Part shown: positions 1 through 9,997 of the stretch, piece by piece | Layout of the letters: each line of letters begins with the position of its first letter | How positions within the stretch are numbered: the stretch's first letter is position 1 | Assembly (NCBI GenBank): GCA_017397545.1 | Contig: JAFQIK010000037.1 | Location: 1-61,987, forward strand | Direction: 5' to 3' | Origin: Clostridia bacterium | GTDB lineage: Bacteria > Bacillota > Clostridia > TANB77 > CAG-508 | DNA length: 61,987 nt | Program-made: the position numbers and the translations under genes | Notes under the pieces: generated by a model | Told to the model about the DNA's origin: nothing | Databases searched by the model: none | What the model saw: only the letters and a program-made list of their open reading frames with translations

Positions 1-75
1 TATTTTATATTATTTGTAAAGAATTTTCGTATTCTAAAAATCGACAAAAAAGTAGAAACCAATTATTTGTTTTTC

Positions 76-155
76 GGGCGAACGCAGTTCGCCCCTACAG
101 CATTTGCAACTAAATTATAATAAATTTCGGGCAGGGATTGAACCCTGCCCATACA
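76..155. repeat. two GC-rich REP-like hairpins (GGGCGA-N-TCGCCCCTACA; GGGCAGGG-ATTGA-ACCCTGCCCATACA) just downstream of galK
   Basis: GC-rich palindromes ending in CCCTACA/CCATACA in an AT-rich background; same family recurs at 11 other sites in the window. Confidence 0.8.
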
Positions 156-157
156 TA

Positions 158-1333
158 TTATAATATCGTTGGTCCGTTTCCTATTTCTACTGCATAGAAA
201 TCTGCGTCATAACCTATTTTTTCTTTATAGGCATTTCCAACATTTTTTATAAAGTCTTCTACTTTATCACTTTTTACTATACTTACTGCACAACCACCAA
301 ATCCTGCACCTGTCATTCTTGCACCAATTACACCTTCTTGTTTTAAGCTTTCTGCAACAAGTGTGTCTAATTCAATTCCTGTTACTTCGTAGTCGTCTCT
401 TAAAGAATTGTGTGATGCAACCATTAATTCTCCTAATAAATCTATTTTATTATCTTTTAATGCATTTACTGCTTTTATTGTTCTTTGATTTTCATATACG
501 GCATGTTTTGCTCTTTTTTGTCTGTTTTCGTCTTTTATTAAATGTTTGTTATTTTCAAATTCTTCTTCAGTTAGCTCTCCTAAAGATTTTATATTTAATT
601 TAGTTTGTAATTCTTCTAAAGCTTTTTCACATTCTGCTCTTCTTTCGTTGTATTTTGAATCTCCAAGACCTCTTTTTTTGTTTGTATTCATTATTACTAT
701 TTTAGCATCTTCTAGTTTTACAGGTGCATATTCAAAATTTAAATTTGAAGTATCTAAAAATGTAGCGCAGTCCTTTTTACCATTAGCAATTATAAATTGA
801 TCCATTATTCCACAATTTACACCTATATATTTATTTTCTGCTTTTTGTCCTAATAATGCAAGTTTTGTCATGTCTACATCTAGGTTAAACATATCTTTTA
901 ACACAAAACCTGTTAATACTTCTATTGATGCTGATGAAGAAAGTCCAGCTCCATTTGGAATTGTTCCATTATATAAAATATCAAATCCAGTATCTATGTT
1001 GAATCCTTCTTCTTTCATTACCCAAATCATAGATTTAGGATAATTAATCCAATCTTCTTCTTTTTTATATCCTAACTCATCTATTGTAGATTCTAAAACT
1101 CCAAGTTCTTCAAAATTCATTGAATATAATCTTAATTTATTGTCTTCTCTTTTTCTAGCTACTGCATATGTTCCCATTGTTAATGCACATGGAAATACAT
1201 GTCCACCATTATAGTCTGTATGCTCTCCTATTAAATTTACTCTCCCTGGTGCAAAATATGTTTTAATTTTTCCTTCGTTTCCAAATAATTCTTCAAATTT
1301 AGTTCTTATTTTTTGTTCCATATTATCCTCCAT
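158..1333 (-). CDS. galK: galactokinase
   Basis: 391-aa ORF with GRVNLIGEHTDYNGG signature and GHMP-kinase motif PNGAGLSSSAS. Confidence 0.95.
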   Translation of the reverse strand: MEDNMEQKIRTKFEELFGNEGKIKTYFAPGRVNLIGEHTDYNGGHVFPCALTMGTYAVARKREDNKLRLYSMNFEELGVLESTIDELGYKKEEDWINYPKSMIWVMKEEGFNIDTGFDILYNGTIPNGAGLSSSASIEVLTGFVLKDMFNLDVDMTKLALLGQKAENKYIGVNCGIMDQFIIANGKKDCATFLDTSNLNFEYAPVKLEDAKIVIMNTNKKRGLGDSKYNERRAECEKALEELQTKLNIKSLGELTEEEFENNKHLIKDENRQKRAKHAVYENQRTIKAVNALKDNKIDLLGELMVASHNSLRDDYEVTGIELDTLVAESLKQEGVIGARMTGAGFGGCAVSIVKSDKVEDFIKNVGNAYKEKIGYDADFYAVEIGNGPTIL

Positions 1334-1473
1334 TTATATTTAAATATTTTAATATGAGTAAATTGTTTTACAAATGTTATTGTATCATAAACTTTTTTTA
1401 AATCAATAGGTTTTGATAGATAATTGTATATTTTAAAATTATAATCTAGCTTAGAAATCAAATTACTTTTTAT

Positions 1474-1556
1474 GAGGTGTGAAGTGTGACGTGTGAGGTG
1501 TGAAATTTGTAGTTTAAATATTAAATTCCCACTTCTCACATCGCACTTCCCACTTC
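1474..1556. repeat. GT-rich/CA-rich long imperfect hairpin repeat (family copy 1)
   Basis: GAGGTGTGAAGTGTGACGTGTGAGGTGTGA ... CCCACTTCTCACATCGCACTTCCCACTTC; arms complementary; related copies at 8256, 35744, 53609. Confidence 0.75.
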
Positions 1557-1592
1557 AATTGTATAAATTCTAATTTTTTTACTGTACATTAA

Positions 1593-2192
1593 TTATTTTA
1601 ATTTCTTAATTAATTTCTTTAACGCTTTTTCTCTATGTGTTTCTCCTAATTCTTCCTGGGTTAATTCATTCATTACTCTTCCAAATTTTTCTGGAATAAA
1701 TATCGGTCCATATGTTAATTTTCCCATTAGTCCTGGTTTTGTTGCAATACTCCCTTTTGTTTCTCCTCGTACAGATATAACTTCTCCTTTTGTTAGAATT
1801 GCTGTAAGTACACATACAAATGTAGCTGTTCTTTTACTTTCTGGTACATCTTTTAATTCATCTAATAATTTGTTTATTGTTTCTTCTTGTGATGCATGAT
1901 CTCCAGCATATCTTGCACTATATACACCTGGTGCTCCATTTAAAGCATCTACACATAGTCCTGCATCATCTGTTACAATTATTTCGTTTATATTATTTTC
2001 TAAGCAAAATTCTTTTATTGCTTTTGCTTTTATTAAAGAGTTTTCTTCAAATGTTTTACCATTTTCGTCTATTTCTTTATTGAAATTTATATCTTTTAAA
2101 GATAATATTTCTATATCTATTTTATTTGCATCAAAATATTTTTTTACATTTTCTATTTTTGCTTTGTTTCCACTTCCATATATTATTCTCAT
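1593..2192 (-). CDS. rdgB: non-canonical purine NTP pyrophosphatase (RdgB/HAM1 family)
   Basis: 199-aa ORF, N-terminal SGNKAK and TDDAGLCVDALNGAPGVYSARY motifs typical of dITP/XTP pyrophosphatase. Confidence 0.9.
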   Translation of the reverse strand: MRIIYGSGNKAKIENVKKYFDANKIDIEILSLKDINFNKEIDENGKTFEENSLIKAKAIKEFCLENNINEIIVTDDAGLCVDALNGAPGVYSARYAGDHASQEETINKLLDELKDVPESKRTATFVCVLTAILTKGEVISVRGETKGSIATKPGLMGKLTYGPIFIPEKFGRVMNELTQEELGETHREKALKKLIKKLK

Positions 2193-2216
2193 TATTTATA
2201 CCTCTGTTTTTAATTT

Positions 2217-2266
2217 TGTAGGGGCGAACTGCGTTCGCTCGCGGGCGATCAAAGGTCGCCCCTACA
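2217..2266. repeat. paired REP-like element (TGTAGGGGCGA..TCGC / GCGGGCGA..TCGCCCCTACA)
   Basis: two GC-rich hairpins bounded by inverted TGTAGGGG / CCCCTACA; the pdxK stop codon (TAG in ATGTAGGGG, minus strand) lies inside it. Confidence 0.8.
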
Positions 2267-3095
2267 TGTTAATTCTATTTATTAAATATGGTATTTTGCT
2301 TTCAAAATTCACTCCATATGCATCTTCTTTTTTTTCTATATATGTGTCATTAATTGTTTCCCATACATAATCTACTGCAATTTTTAGAGCTTCTTCTAAA
2401 GATTTTTCATTTACTAATGCTCCAACTAAAGTACTTGCAAATATATCTCCTGTTCCATGATATTTTACATTTATTTTTTCTCTAAAGTATGTAAAAAATT
2501 GATTTGTTTGTTTATCGTAGCTCATAACTCCTAGTTCATTTTCTTTAAAACTAACTCCTGTGAGTACTACTTTATTTGGTCCTAGATTGCTTAACTCAAT
2601 TAATAATTCTTTAATTTCTTCTTCTGTATAGTTTTCTTTATACTCTTTGTGTAGCATATAGCTTGCTTCTGTTAAATTTGGAACTACTATATCTGCTAAA
2701 TTACATAGTTTTGCCATTTCATCTGCAAATTCTTGATTAAATCCAGTATATAGTTTTCCATTGTCTCCCATAACTGGGTCTATAAATATAAAATTATCTG
2801 GTGTTTTAAATTCTTTAAAAAAGTCTTTTAACATATCTATTTGTTCTATAGAACCTAAGTATCCAGTATAAATACTATCAAAATTAATTTTTTCTTCTTT
2901 CCAATGTTTTTGAATAAGTGGTATATCTGTACTTAAATCTCTAAAAGTAAAATTTTTAAACATTGTATGTGTTGAAAGAACTGCTGTAGGTACAACTGCT
3001 GTTTCTACTCCCATTGCAGATATTATTGGAAGTGCAACTGTTAAAGAACACTTTCCTACACATGAAATATCTTGAATTGTTACTATTCTTTTCAT
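2262..3095 (-). CDS. pdxK: pyridoxal/pyridoxine/pyridoxamine kinase
   Basis: 277-aa ORF; N-terminus IQDISCVGKCSLTVALPI and C-terminal GTGDIFAS ribokinase-like motif. Confidence 0.85.
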   Translation of the reverse strand: MKRIVTIQDISCVGKCSLTVALPIISAMGVETAVVPTAVLSTHTMFKNFTFRDLSTDIPLIQKHWKEEKINFDSIYTGYLGSIEQIDMLKDFFKEFKTPDNFIFIDPVMGDNGKLYTGFNQEFADEMAKLCNLADIVVPNLTEASYMLHKEYKENYTEEEIKELLIELSNLGPNKVVLTGVSFKENELGVMSYDKQTNQFFTYFREKINVKYHGTGDIFASTLVGALVNEKSLEEALKIAVDYVWETINDTYIEKKEDAYGVNFESKIPYLINRINM

Positions 3096-3169
3096 TTAGA
3101 TTCCTCTTCTCTAATATAAATTTAATTCTATTGCATTTTATCATATATATATTTTTTTTACAATAAATT

Positions 3170-3219
3170 TGTAGGGGCGACTAGTAGTCGCCCGCAGGCA
3201 AACGCAGTTCGCCCCTACA
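3170..3219. repeat. paired REP-like element
   Basis: TGTAGGGGCGACTAGTAGTCGCCCGC + GGCAAACGCAGTTCGCCCCTACA. Confidence 0.8.
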
Positions 3220-3238
3220 TTCTCTATAAAATTGTATT

Positions 3239-3919
3239 TTAAATTTTCATTTTTCTTAATTCTTGCTTTTTATCGTCTGTTATTCTATAAGATTCTATTG
3301 CTTTTTGTATTGCTTTATTGTGTGTAAATTTATCTAAGCTTGTGTTTTTTAAAAACGTCTTTGTTTTTTCATAATATTTTACTAAACATTCTGAAATTGC
3401 CCAAGCATTTGCCATTTGAACATAGTATTTATCGGATTCTACATTACCTAAAATCTCTAATACTTCATCAATATACTCATCATTTATGTAATAGTCAAGT
3501 AGCATTACTATGCTAAATCTCAATTCATATTCTTTTTTAGATTTTAAATATAATTTAACTACCTCAAACATTTCTTTTGGATATTTTTTTGTTATTTTAA
3601 GCCCTGCTGAGAATGTATCACATACTGCCCAGCTATTTATTTTAGGAACAAACTGTTTTATTTGTTGTATTACATTTTCTATATTTTCCTTTATTTGAAA
3701 ACCTATTATCATTCCTTGAAGCATTAATTCTTCATAATAATGGTCTTCTATTTTTATTTCATTAAGTTTGTTGTTTTTGTACAATTCTTTAGCATATTTT
3801 CTTAAATCAGGAATTCTTACTCCTATTATATTGTCTACATTAGGACACAAATCACTATTAAATTCTTTATATTTTAAATCTTGCATTTGAAATAATTTAT
3901 TTCTAATTTCTTGTTCCAT
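3239..3919 (-). CDS. DNA alkylation repair protein (AlkD-like HEAT-repeat family)
   Basis: 226-aa ORF; YKEFNSDLCP..GVRIPDLRKYAKEL and WAVCD motifs resemble the DNA_alkylation family. Confidence 0.7.
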   Translation of the reverse strand: MEQEIRNKLFQMQDLKYKEFNSDLCPNVDNIIGVRIPDLRKYAKELYKNNKLNEIKIEDHYYEELMLQGMIIGFQIKENIENVIQQIKQFVPKINSWAVCDTFSAGLKITKKYPKEMFEVVKLYLKSKKEYELRFSIVMLLDYYINDEYIDEVLEILGNVESDKYYVQMANAWAISECLVKYYEKTKTFLKNTSLDKFTHNKAIQKAIESYRITDDKKQELRKMKI

Positions 3920-5144
3920 ATTTTTCTCCTACTAAAATCTCACTCTTCTCCGCCACATAATTCTTTGTGTTTAATTTACTCTTTCTTATATAAATCAAAT
4001 AATATGCTATACCAATTTGAATTGATACAAATAGGGATGATAATCCTAGCATATACCTAAGACCTTTTTCATACATCACTCCACAAAGGAATATTCCAAG
4101 TGCCTCTCCCAGATATTTTATTGTATATCTAAGGTTTGTATATCTCAGCTGATATTCTGAACTAATATTATTAATATAGTAACCATCAGCAATATTTTCA
4201 TATGAAGTGGAAATTAATAGTGACCAAGTTATAGCAATTAATGAAAAAACTATATTATTTGCAAAAAATGCTATTGCATAAACTATACATCTTATTCCAA
4301 ATTTTATAAAAATTGTTACATAGTCATTTTTAGGAGTTAGATATTTTAATGCTAATATACCAATTACATCTGCTAATAAACCAATTATTAATAAATAATT
4401 AGTCGCTGTACTATCTGTAAAATTAAAATGATTTGTAAAAGTTAACATTTTTAATCCTAATGCAGTTGAAAATGCTGTAGCCCCTACAAATGTATATACC
4501 ATATATACAGTTTGTAACTTGCTTTTTAAAATCACTTTTAATGTTGAAGTCTTATCTTCTTTTTTATCTTCAATCGATTTACAAGCAGTCATATTAACCA
4601 TAAATATTATAGAAAAACCTAAAAATATTATTGAAATTAATAAACAAACATTATAATTTACCAATAGTCCTGCAATATTTTTCCCAATTAATAATCCGCC
4701 TATTAAAATTCCTATGTCCTGAAATAAGTATTCTGTTAATTTTCTTTTACTATAAATTGTATTATTCTTTACAATTGTTGTTATTAATGGGTATACACTA
4801 GTAGTTATTATATATCCTGTTACTACATCTATTATTATTGAAATATTTATAAAAAATGTATTTATTGTATTGTTTAAATTTAGTAAAAATATTAAATTTA
4901 TAAATTTAATTAATAACGAACAAGTAATAAAACTTTTTAAGTTTTTTAGCTTTATGTATTTTCCCACTAAAAGTATTCCGAACACACTAGCTAGTGTTCC
5001 AATACTAAGTATATTACTAATATTTGTTGCAGTAAAGCTGTTAGCTTGTAGCCAAAGCTGTCGAAAGTTTTTCCATAGTCCCATTGAAATACTAAAAAAT
5101 GCTAACATTATTAAAATTTGATTTTCTTTTTTAATTTTACTCAT
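3903..5144 (-). CDS. MFS-type transporter
   Basis: 413-aa ORF, about 12 hydrophobic segments. Confidence 0.7.
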   Translation of the reverse strand: MSKIKKENQILIMLAFFSISMGLWKNFRQLWLQANSFTATNISNILSIGTLASVFGILLVGKYIKLKNLKSFITCSLLIKFINLIFLLNLNNTINTFFINISIIIDVVTGYIITTSVYPLITTIVKNNTIYSKRKLTEYLFQDIGILIGGLLIGKNIAGLLVNYNVCLLISIIFLGFSIIFMVNMTACKSIEDKKEDKTSTLKVILKSKLQTVYMVYTFVGATAFSTALGLKMLTFTNHFNFTDSTATNYLLIIGLLADVIGILALKYLTPKNDYVTIFIKFGIRCIVYAIAFFANNIVFSLIAITWSLLISTSYENIADGYYINNISSEYQLRYTNLRYTIKYLGEALGIFLCGVMYEKGLRYMLGLSSLFVSIQIGIAYYLIYIRKSKLNTKNYVAEKSEILVGEKYGTRN

Positions 5145-5279
5145 TTGTTACTCCTGAAATTAATCTTTATATAATTCTTTTGTATTGCTTTATTTCACAA
5201 TTTCCAATCATTTTTATTTTTTCTATATCTCCATCTTCTGGTATGCCATTAAAGTAGCATTCTATTGCCTTTGATACTT

Positions 5280-6528
5280 TTACACTTTTATTTTCTGCTT
5301 ATTTATTACCTTTTCTTCTTTTTCTGATCTTAATATTGAAAAAAATTTAATAATCAATAATATTTCTATAATCCCTATAACCGCCATACCTATCATTACA
5401 TATATCATTTCTAGTTTTAAAAGGACTGCAGATATTATGAGTCCTAAACTACAACCTCCGAGTTTCCTGCTAAAATGTAACCATGTTAATCCCGCTTGTT
5501 GTTTATTTGTCTCAGTATGTTTTAAAACTAAATCTTGAAAGCATAGTTTTATTGGGTCTCTTACTGCAAGTATTATAAAAAATCCTATAGCCATAATTGT
5601 AAATTTTATGATTAATGCAGTATTTATATAAAATCCAATACTAAAAAATACAAATGCTAATCCTAACATTGTTATTAACACTAATGAAGTTTTATCTTTT
5701 AATTTATAATATATTTTTCCAAATGCTATATTAGATATAATTCTCATTATTCTAGATATTGCAACTATTAAACTTAAATATGTTACGGTTAAAGTTTCGT
5801 TATAATGTTTAAATAATTCGTTTTGTATAAAAACTTTTCCATCTAATTGTCCATTTATTATTAATGCATAAGCTACCCCGTATAAAACAAACATGAATAA
5901 TATTTTTTTAGAAAATTTATGTTTTTTATTTTCTTTACTTTGTATTAGCCTATCATTTATAGATATATCTTTAATTGAAAAAGACATTACTAAAGTAATT
6001 AAACATATAAATATACACAAATACATAGGAAGATAATTGTTGTAATTAAACAAGTTTCCTGCTATAAATGCAATAATTGCAGTAAATATTGCATACAATG
6101 TTGTAGCTTTGTTTCTCTCCTTCATAAAATCTTGTTCTTTTTCTTCAACTATTAGGTTGTTTTTTAAAACAATAGTTTCCATATTTTTAAATACCCAAGC
6201 TATTTCATATGTAACTCTTCCTAATAAAATAATAACATATGAATTTCCAAATGTAATAAGTACTGCAGATACTAGTAAAAGAAATGTTCCAAATCTTGTT
6301 GATTTTGTATTACCAAGTTTTTCTACAATTTTTAATAAAGGCACTTGTAAAAAAACAGATATTAATGTTCCAATCGTAGGTAAAAAAGCAATTTGAGCAG
6401 GCGATAATCCCTTTACTAAAGTTAAGAATAAGCTATCTATTGCTATATAAAACATTAAATCTCCGTGATAATGCCATAAATACTGGATTTATTTTTTTGA
6501 AAAATTTTAAATACTTTTTCTGTTCCAT
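5280..6528 (-). CDS. MFS-type transporter; N-terminal 21 codons in another frame, joined by a +1 shift at CGG (6463..6465)
   Basis: ATG at 6528 with AGAGGA RBS encodes MEQKKYLKFFKKINPVFMALS, then in-frame CGG; skipping C at 6465 reads GDLMFYIAIDS.. and continues into the 391-aa ORF 5280..6455. Confidence 0.65.
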
Positions 6529-6630
6529 TTTATCCTCTAATTTTATAATATATTCTATAATCCGTTACAATTCTAACATAATACATTTTCTTTTACAATA
6601 ATTGACATCAAAATGAAATATAATAAACGT

Positions 6631-6671
6631 AACTCGGGGAAAAAGGGGTCTAGCCCCTTTTCCCCCGAGTT
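6631..6671 (-). terminator. GC-rich nested hairpin terminator downstream of 6684..7763
   Basis: ACTCGGGGA AAAGGGG TCTAG CCCCTTT TCCCCCGAGT. Confidence 0.7.
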
Positions 6672-6683
6672 CTACTCTTTATT

Positions 6684-7763
6684 CTATTTTTCGACATATT
6701 CGTTTAAAGCTTTTGTTTTAAAGTTTAATTCTCCTATTTGTGATGTTGGCACAAATCCTGGTTTTGCATTTACTAAATCTGGTAATCTGTTTACAATTGT
6801 TGCACATGTTAATTCTACTGTTGCAGGTCTTGCTACTGTTATTGTTGTATCTGGTTCCCCATATACTGTCCATTCGTTTTTATCAAAGTCTTCACTTGAA
6901 TATACTTTACCAATACATTCAGATTCTATTGTAATTCCTTCGTTAGTTTCTGTTGTAACTATTGCACTCATTCCTGTTGCGTCTCCTGCTTTAACTGTTT
7001 CTCCTAAAGTTTCAGAATAAATATCTTCTTTATATGTTGTTGGAACTGTTACTTGTGTTTGTGATTTTACTGTTAATCCTAATTTGTCACATAACCAACC
7101 ATTTACATTCCACATATATGAAGGTAAATATTCTCCTGCTTCTATTATTTTTTGTCTTTCTTCATCACTTATTTTATCTACACTTGCTACTTGTTCATCA
7201 AATTCTTGCATTGTAAGTCCTGAGCCATGTGCTCTTGCTAATGCTATTCCATAGTCTTCTACGTTATAGCTTGAGCTTCCTTTTATTTTTGTAATTTTTT
7301 GTGTTGAACCACAAATACTTGTTATTAATTGTCCCCAATATATATCTTGGTATCCGCTTCCTGTTATTGTACATCCTGTTTGTTTTGCAAGGTCATCTAT
7401 CTTTTTAGTTAAACCTGGATTTGAATTCCAAGAATAAAATGCTTCTTCACATGTTGTAATAGCATTTATTCCAAGTTTTGCACATAGCATTAATGGTTCT
7501 TCTAAATCGCTTAATAAGCTCATTGTTTCTACAATACATACATCTGGTTTTGTTTGTTTTAACATCTCTTCTGCATCTTTAAAATCTATTACTTTTATTC
7601 CTAAATTGTCTCCACCAATTACTTCTCCTATGTCTTTTCCTATAACAGCTGGGTTTACATCAATTGCTCCTACAATTTCTCCACCTTTTTCTAAAACATA
7701 CCTCATAGTATATTTTGCCATTTTTCCTGTTCCTAGTTGTACTACTTTTAGTTTTCTTTCCAT
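6684..7763 (-). CDS. NAD(P)-binding DapB-like oxidoreductase (resembles the 2,4-diaminopentanoate / amine dehydrogenase family)
   Basis: 359-aa ORF; N-terminal Rossmann LKVVQLGTGKMAKY; overall resemblance recalled, not searched. Confidence 0.5.
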   Translation of the reverse strand: MERKLKVVQLGTGKMAKYTMRYVLEKGGEIVGAIDVNPAVIGKDIGEVIGGDNLGIKVIDFKDAEEMLKQTKPDVCIVETMSLLSDLEEPLMLCAKLGINAITTCEEAFYSWNSNPGLTKKIDDLAKQTGCTITGSGYQDIYWGQLITSICGSTQKITKIKGSSSYNVEDYGIALARAHGSGLTMQEFDEQVASVDKISDEERQKIIEAGEYLPSYMWNVNGWLCDKLGLTVKSQTQVTVPTTYKEDIYSETLGETVKAGDATGMSAIVTTETNEGITIESECIGKVYSSEDFDKNEWTVYGEPDTTITVARPATVELTCATIVNRLPDLVNAKPGFVPTSQIGELNFKTKALNEYVEK

Positions 7764-7890
7764 AAATCTTTCCTCCTTTAAATATAATTATATTTTTTAC
7801 ATCTTGTATAATTTTATTCAGGTATATATTTTTTATATCATATAAGTATAAAAAATACCATAGAATTTTAATATCTATGGCATTTATTTT

Positions 7891-8196
7891 TTAGATTTCT
7901 TTTAATATGTTTTCTTTGCTTGTTACTCCAACAATTTTTTTGTATTCATTTCCGTTTTTGAAAATAATTATTGTAGGAATGCTCATAATGTTATATCTTA
8001 CTGCTAGTTCTTGATCTTCATCCACATTTATTTTTCCTACTTTTAATTCTTGATTTTCTTCTGCAATACTATCAATTATTGGTGACATCATTTTACATGG
8101 GCCGCACCAATCTGCATAAAAATCTATTATTACTGGTTTATCTGAATTTAAAACCTCTTCCTCAAAATTTTTATTTGTAATTTTTAATACGCTCAT
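7891..8196 (-). CDS. trxA: thioredoxin
   Basis: 101-aa ORF with WCGPC active site. Confidence 0.95.
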   Translation of the reverse strand: MSVLKITNKNFEEEVLNSDKPVIIDFYADWCGPCKMMSPIIDSIAEENQELKVGKINVDEDQELAVRYNIMSIPTIIIFKNGNEYKKIVGVTSKENILKEI

Positions 8197-8255
8197 ATTA
8201 TGGCCTCCTTATATTTATACTTAATAATCAATTTAATAAGATATATATTTGTAAA

Positions 8256-8350
8256 GAAGTGAGAAGTGTGAGGTGTGAAGTGCGAATTTATAGAAATGCT
8301 ACGAAGCTTATCTCTAAAATCACAACTCACACATCCCACATCACACCTCT
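8256..8350. repeat. GT-rich/CA-rich hairpin repeat (family copy 2, inverted relative to copies 3 and 4)
   Basis: GAAGTGAGAAGTGTGAGGTGTGAAGTGCG .. core CTACGAAGCTTATCTCTAAAATCACA .. CTCACACATCCCACATCACACCTC. Confidence 0.75.
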
Positions 8351-8377
8351 AAATTGCAATTTATTCCAACCTAATTT

Positions 8378-9243
8378 TTAGATTTTATTTTTCAAAAACT
8401 TTGCTATTTCTAATCCTGCTACTGTACCTTGGTACACAGCTTTAGATATTTGAAGTAATCCTCCTGTACAATCTCCACATGCATATACACCTGGTATGTT
8501 TGTTTCCATTTTCTCATTTACTATTATACTATTTTTTTGCATTAATATTCCTAATTTTTTTGCAAATTCTGAGCTTCCTGCAATACCCTCAGCAATAAAT
8601 ATCCCATCTGTTTTTAAAGTAGTATTATCAGTAAATCTAATTTCCTCTACTTTTTGTTCTCCTCTAACTTCTAATATTTCTTTTTCGTTTATTTTAACAT
8701 TATCTGCTCTAATTTCTGGTGACTTTTCTCCATTTGTTAATATAGTTATTTCCTTACTTATATTTATTAAATCATTTGTTTCTGAAATTGCATAATTTCC
8801 GCTTCCAATTACTGCTACATTTTTATTTCTATAAAAGAATCCATCACAAATTGCACAATAGCTTATTCCTCTACCTTCAAATTCTTTTATTCCTTTTATT
8901 TTTGGTGTATTCTTTTTATTTCCTGTTGCAAGTACAATTGTTTTTGCCTCAAATTTATTTTTTTCTGTAGTAACACCAAATCCATCTTGCTCAATTTCTA
9001 TTTTTATTACTTCTTCGTTTTTTACTTCTATTCCTAAATTTTTAGCTTGATTTATTCCATCTTCGTATAATTTTTTACCGTCTATTCCATTTTCAAACCC
9101 ATAATAGTTATCTATTTTTTCTGTTTTTTCTAAACTTGATTTATCATTATATATAACTAAAGTTTTTAAATTACTTCTTCCGCGTATATAAACTTGCTGT
9201 TACTCCGAGCAGGTCCTGCTCCTATTATTATAACATCATACAT
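8378..9243 (-). CDS. trxB: thioredoxin-disulfide reductase; frame interrupted twice by +1 shifts at CGG (9205..9207 and 9180..9182)
   Basis: Length 866 nt = 288 codons + 2. Reads [33 protein letters not shown]... CAICDGFFY ... GVYACGDCTGG when the C at 9207 and the C at 9182 are skipped. No ORF in the track because the long frame lacks a start. Confidence 0.85.
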
Positions 9244-9289
9244 AAAATAACTCCTTTATTAATATTTATGCAATTAATTTAACAATTTC

Positions 9290-9997
9290 CTAAACAGAAT
9301 AAGCACCATCAATAGTTATAGATGCTCCATTTATATAAGAAGCTTCTTCAGAGGCAATAAATTTAATTAGTTTTGCAATTTCTTTTGTATTACCTAGTCT
9401 TTTCGCAGGTATATCTTTTATTAAATTACTATAGTAATTCTCTTTTTCTTCTTCATTATTTGAATATATATCTGCAAATTTATTAGATACTTCAGATTCA
9501 AATGTTCCTGGTAAAATAGAATTAGAAGTTATACCAAATTTTGCATACTCTTTTGCAATGGAATTCGATAATCCTACAAGAGCATATTTAGATGTATTAA
9601 ATGCGGTTAACTCTTCTTCAACTCTTATAGCATATACCGATGAAATATTAATTATTCTTCCAAATTTATTATTTTTCATATGATTTAATGATTTTTTAAT
9701 TATATTAAATGGCAAAACAACATTTGTTAGCATTACCTCAGCAAAACTTTCAGTAGATATATTTTCTGCTCTGTCTATTTCTCCACTGATTGCTGCATTA
9801 TTAATTATAATATCAAAATCAAATTCTGCATTATCTAATTCGCCAGTCTGCATATATTTACAATTAAATTTATTTGCTAGTTCTACAGCTCTTTCTTTTT
9901 GAGTATGATATGTAAATGTAACATCATACTCTGAAGCAAATTCTTCAATAATAGCCATTCCTAAGCTTCCTGTACCACCTGTTACTAATACTTTCAT
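9290..9997 (-). CDS. short-chain dehydrogenase/reductase family oxidoreductase
   Basis: 235-aa ORF; VTGGTGSLG Rossmann and NNAA motifs; 4-nt overlap with the upstream gene. Confidence 0.8.
   Translation of the reverse strand: MKVLVTGGTGSLGMAIIEEFASEYDVTFTYHTQKERAVELANKFNCKYMQTGELDNAEFDFDIIINNAAISGEIDRAENISTESFAEVMLTNVVLPFNIIKKSLNHMKNNKFGRIINISSVYAIRVEEELTAFNTSKYALVGLSNSIAKEYAKFGITSNSILPGTFESEVSNKFADIYSNNEEEKENYYSNLIKDIPAKRLGNTKEIAKLIKFIASEEASYINGASITIDGAYSV

Noticed and set aside
129-155. GGGCAGGGATTGAACCCTGCCC resembling a tRNA T-arm
   Set aside because: It is an isolated hairpin with no acceptor, D or anticodon arms. It fits the REP-like/terminator family.
5145-5279. Protein-like minus-strand frame (..VSKAIECYFNGIPEDGDIEKIKMIGNCEIKQYKRII) between the two MFS genes
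   Set aside because: It has no usable start codon upstream of an internal Met and a stop directly upstream. It is probably a gene remnant and too short to assign.
6613-7020. Plus-strand ORFs antisense to confident minus-strand genes (e.g. 319..603, 6613..7020, 11887..12495, 22554..23009, 44460..44885, 48401..48901, 57423..57788)
   Set aside because: They are the mirror frames of well-supported genes in AT-rich DNA. Their composition is S/F/L/I-rich and low complexity, and they have no RBS or recognisable motifs.
8378-9243. Selenocysteine/UGA or stop-codon read-through as the explanation for the missing trxB ORF
   Set aside because: The interruptions are changes of reading frame, each caused by one extra nucleotide. 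They are not in-frame stop codons.
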